Below are positions 13,786 through 20,132 of a stretch of 24,000 nt of DNA, piece by piece; within the stretch, counting starts at the first letter, position 1; every line of letters begins with the position of its first letter. Source of the stretch: an uncultured Pirellulales bacterium (GTDB lineage Bacteria > Planctomycetota > Phycisphaerae > Sedimentisphaerales > Anaerohalosphaeraceae); the NCBI GenBank assembly GCA_964643355.1, contig CAZXPW010000025.1:20562-44561 (forward strand). Reading direction: 5' to 3'. The notes under the pieces are model-generated. The model was not told the DNA's origin, ran no database searches, and saw nothing but the letters and a program-made list of their open reading frames with translations. The translations under genes were made by a program, and so were the position numbers.

Positions 13786-14531
13786 ATCCGATGCCCAATT
13801 TTCCCGCAATGATCGGACGCCGCCAGCGTATGATGGGCTTGGGATTCGGACTGCTGATCCTTGTCTTTGGAGTCGTCATTGGATCCGGCGGCACCTTTCT
13901 TCATTTCAAAGACCAGTTAAGAAAGGGACCGGGTACGGAGCATGTTCCCGACCCAAAACCGATTATCGAAGACATGAAAGTCAAGTTGTCCCTCTCGGAT
14001 CAACAAGTCAGGCAGATTGAAGATTTATTCCGACAACTGGCGGTGAACTGGAGTGATTTTGGAAAAAAAGCCGCCGAGTTTCAGAAACAACAGCAGGATT
14101 CCATGATGGCGGGTATGAAGGCGATTCTGACTCCGGAACAGTCGGCCACCTGGCAAGAAGAAATGGACAAACGCCGTCAGGAATGGGAAAAATGGGAAAA
14201 GGAACGGCGCGAACGCGCGGCCCGGTGGCAGCAGGGTCCCGGCCGTGGCGGCCCCGAAGGTCGAGGCGGCCCGGATCGCGGCGACGGTCGTCGCAGCGGC
14301 GGACGAATGGGGCAAGGAGATCGTCCCCAACAGGGGCCGCCTTTCGGCGAACCAAAACCGGGCGGGCCTATTCCCGGCGGACCCGGACCCAATGGGCCCA
14401 TGCCGGGTGGACCCGGTCAGCCGATGTCACCGCCTCCCGGTGCTCCAGTCCAGGATGGAACTCCAAGACCATCCGAACCGACTACCGGTTCAACATCTCC
14501 GAATCCTCCAGAGGAACCCAAACCTCTGTAA
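13773..14531 (+). CDS. Membrane-anchored LTxxQ-like helical protein with Gly/Pro/Arg-rich disordered tail
   Basis: Overlaps the previous gene; possible starts are GTG 13773, ATG 13779 and ATG 13791. TM MGLGFGLLILVFGVVIGSGG. Helical segment with LSLSDQQVRQIEDLF and ILTPEQSATWQEEMDKRRQEWEKWEKERRE. About 110-aa tail GPGRGGPEGRGGPDRGDG...GGPIPGGPGPNGPMPGGPGQP. Followed by a strong terminator. Confidence 0.7.
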   Translation: MVMVDPMPNFPAMIGRRQRMMGLGFGLLILVFGVVIGSGGTFLHFKDQLRKGPGTEHVPDPKPIIEDMKVKLSLSDQQVRQIEDLFRQLAVNWSDFGKKAAEFQKQQQDSMMAGMKAILTPEQSATWQEEMDKRRQEWEKWEKERRERAARWQQGPGRGGPEGRGGPDRGDGRRSGGRMGQGDRPQQGPPFGEPKPGGPIPGGPGPNGPMPGGPGQPMSPPPGAPVQDGTPRPSEPTTGSTSPNPPEEPKPL

Positions 14532-14541
14532 CCGATAACGC

Positions 14542-14572
14542 AAAAGGCCCGGCGAGTTGCCGGGCCTTTTTT
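14542..14572. terminator. Bidirectional rho-independent terminator between convergent genes
   Basis: AAAA-GGCCCGGC (14546-14553), loop GAGTT, GCCGGGCC (14559-14566), then TTTTTT (14567-14572). The A-run on one side and T-run on the other make it usable on both strands. It lies between the stops at 14531 (+) and 14596 (-). Confidence 0.75.
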
Positions 14573-14595
14573 GTTTTGTGCATCCTCTGGATGGT

Positions 14596-15303
14596 TTATC
14601 GGATTCGTTTCCGTATCACCCCAACAATCCCGACACCAATCAATCCCAGCGTCATCGTCGTCGGCTCCGGAACGCAATTCCCCGTCAATTCAACCTGATC
14701 GACCACGGCCGTTGCCGATAGATCCGGATCCCAACCTGTTAATCCAAACCAGATCTTCATCTCGCCCGGCAACACTGGCATGAAAATGCGACGAATGGAA
14801 TAACTGGGGGTAATCCCCGTTTCATCGAAATAATCTTCAATTGCTTCCACAATCACGCCTGATGAATAAATCTCACGATCCAGCTTCTTGGTGTTCATCG
14901 AGTAATACCGCGCGGCGTTGGAAGGGATAAACTCGTCATCCAGATTCGGAACATCGGATGGATCAAACAAACCGGCGGTAAAATATTCCGTTTCCGAGAA
15001 TTTTTCAAATTCAAATCTCAGATCAAATGTAAGATATTGACACCCCGATTCCACGGAAAATGCTTGAAACAAACCCGTGAAACTCTCGTCAAATCCCTGC
15101 ATCAGAACGCCCGTGCTGCCGGCGCGTTGCAGATGATCTTCATAGTCTCCGTTGATGGCGGACCATTGATAATGCCACCCCTCGATCGGATCATCGGAAT
15201 CGAAAGTCCCATTCGTGATCCCCGCAAACAAGACGGAAACTTGCAGAAGGGGAAATAACAATACGGTGAGAAACCTCAGCCCAACTCGGCGGAACATGGA
15301 CAT
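14596..15303 (-). CDS. PEP-CTERM sorting-domain secreted protein
   Basis: C-terminus VPEPTTMTLGLIGVGIVGVIRKRIR is a PEP motif, hydrophobic helix and basic tail. N-terminal signal peptide MSMFRRVGLRFLTVLLFPLLQVSVLFAG. Start is ATG 15303, or ATG 15297 which has better spacing to GGAG. The track ORF from 15525 adds an unlikely 74-aa leader. Confidence 0.8.
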   Translation of the reverse strand: MSMFRRVGLRFLTVLLFPLLQVSVLFAGITNGTFDSDDPIEGWHYQWSAINGDYEDHLQRAGSTGVLMQGFDESFTGLFQAFSVESGCQYLTFDLRFEFEKFSETEYFTAGLFDPSDVPNLDDEFIPSNAARYYSMNTKKLDREIYSSGVIVEAIEDYFDETGITPSYSIRRIFMPVLPGEMKIWFGLTGWDPDLSATAVVDQVELTGNCVPEPTTMTLGLIGVGIVGVIRKRIR

Positions 15304-15511
15304 GTCTCCGACACAATCGTTTTCTCTCCCGGGCTCATCCGGTAAGCCCGTTCCACGGGAAAGTATATCAAGCCCAACTCCATCGAGTCCAATAAAAATC
15401 GCCTTGGACAATGTAGATTTTTCAGATTTTGCTGCATGTGAATATTGGGAAGCCGAGAAGTACGCAAAAGTGTAAAGATGGGAGGAAAAATCATCCAGAT
15501 CGAGACGGATT

Positions 15512-17263
15512 CTATGCCTCGACATCTTGCGTAAAGGTCACCCTGAGGATCTCTTCGGCCGTGGTCAATCCCGCCTTCATCCGCGATACGCCGCTTTCCA
15601 GCAGATCGCAGAATCCCTTTTCGCGAGCCATCTTGCGGATCTCCACCTCACCGGCTCCGGTCGCGATCCGATCACGCATCTCTCGCGTCATCGGCAGAAA
15701 TTCAAAAATCGGGACTCGTCCCGCATACCCGCTGTTATGGCAGGCCGGACAACCTTTGCCCTTGTAGAAGGTGAACTGTTTGGCCTCCTGGGGATCCAGC
15801 CGCATCCGCTTAAGCACTTCGTCCTCAATCTGCACCGGCTCTTTGCACTGGTCGCAGATTTTGCGCATCAGCCGCTGGGCCAAAATCAGGTTCAAGCTCG
15901 ACGCCAGAAGATACGGCTCCAGACCCATATAGACCAATCGGCTGATCGCGCTGGGCGCATCATTGGTGTGAAAAGTACTGAGCACCAAATGCCCCGTCAA
16001 CGACGCCTTCATCGCGATCTCCATTGTCTCCTTGTCGCGGATTTCCCCCAGAAGGATGATGTTCGGGTCCTGCCGCAAAATCGATCGCAGGCACGCCCCG
16101 AAAGTTAGTCCGATCTCCGGCTTGATCTGCGTCTGATTGATCCCGCTCATGCGGTATTCCACAGGGTCTTCAACGGTCGTGATGTTTTTCTTCGGGTCGC
16201 GCAGAAAGTTCAGCGCTGAATACAGCGTCGTACTTTTGCCGCTGCCTGTTGGTCCCGTCACGATGATGATCCCATACGGCTGTTTGAGGATCCGCTTGAA
16301 CGGCTCCAGCAAACTCGGCTCGAACCCCATCTTGTCCAGATCGTGATTGACGGCGTTTTTATCCAGAATACGCATCACGATTTTTTCGCCGTAGATTGTC
16401 GGTAACACGGATACGCGGACATCGATATCGCGATCGCCCGCTTTGACTTTGAAACGCCCGTCCTGGGGCAACCGTCGTTCCGCGATGTCCATCTCGGCCA
16501 GAATCTTGACCCGTGCGATCACCGCCGCCTGCATCTTTCGGGCCGGAGGAACCATATCCGTCAACATCCCATCGATCCGCATCCGGATGTTCATGCCTTT
16601 TTCCTGCGGCTCGATATGAATATCGCTGGCCCGGCTCTTGACCGCGTGCGACAACAACAGATCGACAAACCGGATAACCGGCGCGTCTTCCGCCGCCGTG
16701 ACCGCCGAAGATTCCGGCAGGTCCTCTTCGTCTTCCTCCGTGCTGACTTCCAGTTCGACCAGGTCGCGAAGTTTCTGTTCCTGGATGTCCGTGCCGTGAT
16801 AGACAACCTCGATGGCTCGCTGAATATCCCGCGGCGTGGCCAGAACGATCTTGACCGGCTTTTTCAGCTTGACCGTCACCGTATCGACCGCCACGACATT
16901 CAGCGGATCGGCCATCGCAATCGTTACCTTGCCGTCGGCTTCTCCCGTCGCCACAAGAGAAAATCGCTTGGCGATCGTCTCCGGTACCTTGCGAGCAACT
17001 TCGGTTTGAATGACCGACAGATCCTCCAGCCGGATATAGTCCACCTGCAGGAATCCCGCCAGGGCTTCGGCCAGATCTCCTTCCGACATCTTCCCCAGCC
17101 GGATCAGGATTTCGCCGATCCGCCCACCCTGCCGGGATTGTTCCTGCAGGGCCTGATGAAGATCCATGGCCGACAACTTCTGATGTTTGAGCAGCCAGTC
17201 GCCGAACAAAGAGCTTTCTTTCGAAATAGCTAATCGATTTTTCGTGTCCGTACCCGTTGTCAT
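15512..17263 (-). CDS. GspE/PilB/MshE-family type II secretion / type IV pilus assembly ATPase
   Basis: Walker A GPTGSGKST, Walker B-like IILLGEIRD, His box GHLVLSTFHTNDA, and tetra-Cys cluster CDQCKEP...CPACHNSGYAGR. N-terminal T2SSE_N/MshEN-like tandem helices. ATG 17263 is chosen because the ATG at 17320 would overlap the upstream gene by 26 nt. Confidence 0.9.
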   Translation of the reverse strand: MTTGTDTKNRLAISKESSLFGDWLLKHQKLSAMDLHQALQEQSRQGGRIGEILIRLGKMSEGDLAEALAGFLQVDYIRLEDLSVIQTEVARKVPETIAKRFSLVATGEADGKVTIAMADPLNVVAVDTVTVKLKKPVKIVLATPRDIQRAIEVVYHGTDIQEQKLRDLVELEVSTEEDEEDLPESSAVTAAEDAPVIRFVDLLLSHAVKSRASDIHIEPQEKGMNIRMRIDGMLTDMVPPARKMQAAVIARVKILAEMDIAERRLPQDGRFKVKAGDRDIDVRVSVLPTIYGEKIVMRILDKNAVNHDLDKMGFEPSLLEPFKRILKQPYGIIIVTGPTGSGKSTTLYSALNFLRDPKKNITTVEDPVEYRMSGINQTQIKPEIGLTFGACLRSILRQDPNIILLGEIRDKETMEIAMKASLTGHLVLSTFHTNDAPSAISRLVYMGLEPYLLASSLNLILAQRLMRKICDQCKEPVQIEDEVLKRMRLDPQEAKQFTFYKGKGCPACHNSGYAGRVPIFEFLPMTREMRDRIATGAGEVEIRKMAREKGFCDLLESGVSRMKAGLTTAEEILRVTFTQDVEA

Positions 17264-17294
17264 ATCTGTTCTGATCTTCCTTCTCGATCCCCCG

Positions 17295-18578
17295 TCACTC
17301 TTGCACACCCGCCGATGCATTCAATGGAATCGCCGGCAGATAACGACTCAATGCCTGATACAATCCCTGGCTGTCAACCGGTTTGGATAAAAATCCGTCA
17401 AAATCCTTCCCCACCGGCTCGTTGGCCGCTGACATCGCCAAAATGGGAACGACCAATCCTTGTTGCCGCAGTTTTCGGGCGGCCTGGATTCCATCCAGAA
17501 CCGGCATCTTGATATCCATCAGGATCGCATCGAAGCTTTCGGATTGAGCCATCTCCACGGCGATCTGACCGTTGTCGGCAACGCTGACCTGCAATCCCAT
17601 CGATTCCAAAAGCAACTGAACCACCGTCTGATTCGACGGTTGATCTTCAACCACCAATACATGTCCCTGGCATTGCGAATGAGAATTCGAAGAACCGGAC
17701 TCCGCTTCGGACCTGCCCGGCTCTGCCGCCGTCGCGACCGTACCTGCAGTGGCCGGGCCATCCCTTTCAACCCCCGTGGGAATCACCAGAGAAAAGATGG
17801 TCCCTTGACCCGGCTCGCTGGCCAGCGCGATCCGCCCCTGAAGCAACTGGATCAGTTGCGCCGTCGCGGCAAGGCCGCTGTTGGCCGTCAGACCCAGACC
17901 CAAACTGGTCAACATGCTCTCGCTGACCTGTTCATATCGGGAATAGGGCTGAAATATGGTCGGTTGCTGATCCGCCGGGATTCCGATTCCGCTGTCGATG
18001 ACATCGAAACGAATATACGACCTGCCCTGATGACGGACCCCGCCGGCTTCGATTCGGATAAATCCCTGTTGCGTGTATTTGACCGCATTGCCCGCCAGAA
18101 TCAGCAAACATTGTCGCAACCGCTGAGTATCCGTCCGGATTGTAACGGGAATGTCCGGCGCCGCGACGATCTCAAATGTCAGCCCCTTTTCCTGCGCCGC
18201 CGGCCGCACTCGGGCGTCGATTTCCTCCAGCAAACTGGTCGGCCAACAGTCTTCCGTCAGCGCTTGCAACTCGCCTTTTTCCAGTCGCGTCATATCCAAT
18301 ACGTCATTGACCAGCGAAACCATCCCCTGTCCGGCGGAAAAAATTTCGTTGACATATTCCCGTTGCGTTTCGCTGAGGTCTTCGTTGAGCAGCAACTCGC
18401 TGAATCCCAAAACGGCGTTGGTCAGCGTTCGAATCTGATACGCCATATTGTCGATATATTTAGTCATAATCTGAATCAGGGCGTCCTTCTGCTCGCTGGT
18501 GTGCGCCCCGTGAGGCAGCGTCATCCAGCCCGGCGTTTGCGTCAGAATCTGCTCAATCGGTTTTGGCTGCATATCCAT
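17295..18578 (-). CDS. Hybrid histidine-kinase-like protein (degenerate H-box, intact HATPase_c) fused to a receiver domain
   Basis: DHp H-box reads NMAYQIRTLTNAVLGFSELL, against my recalled consensus NMSHEIRTPLNAILGFSELL. N box LLILAGNAVKYT, G1 VIDSGIGI, F IFQPY, G2 SLGLGL. REC: VLVVEDQ, ILMDIKMP, ILAMSA, LSKP. Start is ATG 18578 or ATG 18572, with AAGGGA SD at 18579-18584. The upstream in-frame extension to 18836 looks noncoding. Confidence 0.85.
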   Translation of the reverse strand: MDMQPKPIEQILTQTPGWMTLPHGAHTSEQKDALIQIMTKYIDNMAYQIRTLTNAVLGFSELLLNEDLSETQREYVNEIFSAGQGMVSLVNDVLDMTRLEKGELQALTEDCWPTSLLEEIDARVRPAAQEKGLTFEIVAAPDIPVTIRTDTQRLRQCLLILAGNAVKYTQQGFIRIEAGGVRHQGRSYIRFDVIDSGIGIPADQQPTIFQPYSRYEQVSESMLTSLGLGLTANSGLAATAQLIQLLQGRIALASEPGQGTIFSLVIPTGVERDGPATAGTVATAAEPGRSEAESGSSNSHSQCQGHVLVVEDQPSNQTVVQLLLESMGLQVSVADNGQIAVEMAQSESFDAILMDIKMPVLDGIQAARKLRQQGLVVPILAMSAANEPVGKDFDGFLSKPVDSQGLYQALSRYLPAIPLNASAGVQE

Positions 18579-18818
18579 TCCCTTGTTTTCGTTTGTGGCG
18601 GTCGGATCCGACGGACAACGCCCCGCCGATCCGACACAAGCCATAGTCACCCAATTCCATGTCGTCACAATTCCCCCGCTTCTTGTGGTTCCTTTTCCGG
18701 GATTATGCGTTTTCCAGCCGTCCGATAATGCTTCGCTTTCGGCCCTATCGGACCTTGTCATACCCCTGTTTCTCGGAAAATTCAGGTCATGTTCGCCACG
18801 CCTGTCCGATAAGATACC

Positions 18819-18847
18819 TTGATTTTTCCGGATCATTCTGGTACAAT
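18819..18847 (+). promoter_or_regulatory. Candidate sigma70-type promoter of the C39-peptidase gene
   Basis: TTGATT (18819-18824), a 17-nt spacer, then TACAAT (18842-18847). It lies ~64 nt upstream of the ATG at 18911, in the 330-bp divergent intergenic region. Confidence 0.45.
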
Positions 18848-18910
18848 AATGGAGGATGGAACCGCTTGTGACGCGATGGATTCCGCGGTTGGTCGCAATG
18901 GGGACAATCC

Positions 18911-19741
18911 ATGATCCAACCGGAATGGGACATGTTGAAGGCGATCCTGATCGCCGCTGTCGGGGTGATGGTGGGGCGATTCTGCAGTCGCGCCGGCCGC
19001 ACGGCCTTGGTTTTGGGTTATGTCCTTCCGTTGACGACGCTGATCCTGCTTACGCTGGGCCGATGCGGATGGTTCGGCTCGCCGAAGGGATGGCTCGGCG
19101 GCGTGTTTTTCGGCCAGCCGCGATTCCTCGTTTTGTCGCTGATGATACCGGTCGGCCTGATGACCCTGCTGCCCTTCCTGCCTCGCCGTTTTGAACGAAT
19201 CGCCATCGTCATCATCCTGCTGGGCTTTATCGCCTGCTTTTCGATCTATCCCGTCCTGGCTCCGGCCTTGATCCGCAAGGACCTGCTGCAGACCCCCAAT
19301 CAGACCGATTCGCTGGGCGTTTGTCTCCAAACCCGACCCTGGACCTGCGGTCCGGCCGCCGCCGTCACGGCTTTGCAGGAACTCGGTCTGCGCGCCCACG
19401 AAGGCCGAATCGCAACGCTGGCCTCATCGGCGCCCGTCATCGGAACCCTCCCGTGGGATCTCTGCAATGCCCTCGACCGACAATATGGACCGCAAGGACT
19501 GCATTGTGAATTTCGCCGCTTCGACAGTCTTGACCAACTCCGTTCCGCCGGCCTGACCCTGGCAATCGTCCGCGGAGGTACCCTGACCAATCATTGTGTC
19601 GCCGTGCTGGGAATCACCGATCACCAGGTCCTCATCGCCGACCCGTCGCTGGGTAAGCTCCATATCCCGATTGCGCAGTTCGCCGCCGAATGGCGACACA
19701 CCGGCATTACCTTGCGTCGTGAATCGCCGAATACGCTATAG
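18911..19741 (+). CDS. Membrane-anchored (about 4 TM) C39-like cysteine peptidase domain protein
   Basis: N-terminal ~125 aa contain four hydrophobic helices. The C-terminal domain has the C39 signature Q-x5-CG (LQTRPWTCGPAAAVTALQELG) and the His block NHCVAVLGITDHQVLIADPSLG (the H..V.L...IADP pattern). No ABC transporter domains in the protein or beside it. Confidence 0.8.
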   Translation: MIQPEWDMLKAILIAAVGVMVGRFCSRAGRTALVLGYVLPLTTLILLTLGRCGWFGSPKGWLGGVFFGQPRFLVLSLMIPVGLMTLLPFLPRRFERIAIVIILLGFIACFSIYPVLAPALIRKDLLQTPNQTDSLGVCLQTRPWTCGPAAAVTALQELGLRAHEGRIATLASSAPVIGTLPWDLCNALDRQYGPQGLHCEFRRFDSLDQLRSAGLTLAIVRGGTLTNHCVAVLGITDHQVLIADPSLGKLHIPIAQFAAEWRHTGITLRRESPNTL

Positions 19742-19762
19742 AATCTCGGGGGTTCTGGTCCC

Positions 19763-20026
19763 CTATCGCCCCTGAGTCTTTGTCGCAATCCCGTAATCGA
19801 CCCACTCGGCGGGCTTGTTGGAAAACACTCCCGCTCCGATCTCGTCTTTCCGTTCGACCGTCCAGACCTGGCCGGTTTGCGTATCCAAAACCCACGCATA
19901 CACGGCGCTGGAGGAAATCTGATATCGACCGGTTTCCGCGGGGTTCGTCGCCATCGCCCCCATTCCCATCGCCGCCGCCAACCCCAGAATGATCCCCAGC
20001 GCCAAAGTCTTTCCGTTCATTTTCAT
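19763..20026 (-). CDS. Small secreted protein (87 aa precursor), hypothetical
   Basis: AAGGGAG SD 7 nt upstream of the ATG at 20026. Signal peptide MKMNGKTLALGIILGLAAAMGMGAMA-TN with an AxA-type site. Mature ~60 aa is beta-prone (YQISSSAVYAWVLDTQTGQVWTVERKD). Confidence 0.6.
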   Translation of the reverse strand: MKMNGKTLALGIILGLAAAMGMGAMATNPAETGRYQISSSAVYAWVLDTQTGQVWTVERKDEIGAGVFSNKPAEWVDYGIATKTQGR

Positions 20027-20059
20027 ATCATCGCTCCCTTGACTTTCATTTCGCCGTGA

Positions 20060-20092
20060 AAGATGGGTTTAACCGCAAGTCAAACCCATCTT
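20060..20092 (-). other. 11-bp perfect stem-loop between the ThuA-HEAT gene and the small secreted-protein gene
   Basis: AAGATGGGTTT (20060-20070), an 11-nt loop, then AAACCCATCTT (20082-20092). No U-run follows on either strand, so it is not a canonical intrinsic terminator. It could be an RNA stability or processing element. Confidence 0.4.
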
Positions 20093-20132
20093 CCGAAATC
20101 CGAATCCCTATATCCTAAATCTTCTTATGCCT

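Noticed and set aside
14177-14698. Alternative-frame ORFs (171 aa and 97 aa on +, 74-115 aa on -) over the Gly/Pro-rich tail region
   Set aside because: GC-rich low-complexity coding DNA is open in several frames. Only the 13773-14531 frame is contiguous with the TM plus LTxxQ part and ends at the terminator.
17460-18728. 422-aa + strand ORF opposite the kinase-like gene
   Set aside because: It is antisense to a gene with complete N/G1/F/G2 and REC motifs. The translation is R/Q/L-rich low-information sequence.
18856-19194. 112-aa + ORF starting right after a GGAGG at 18851-18855
   Set aside because: There is zero spacing between the SD-like motif and the ATG. It is out of frame with and overlaps the well-supported C39 gene, and the translation is Arg/Gly/Pro-rich. 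The GGAGG more likely lies in the 5' UTR by chance.
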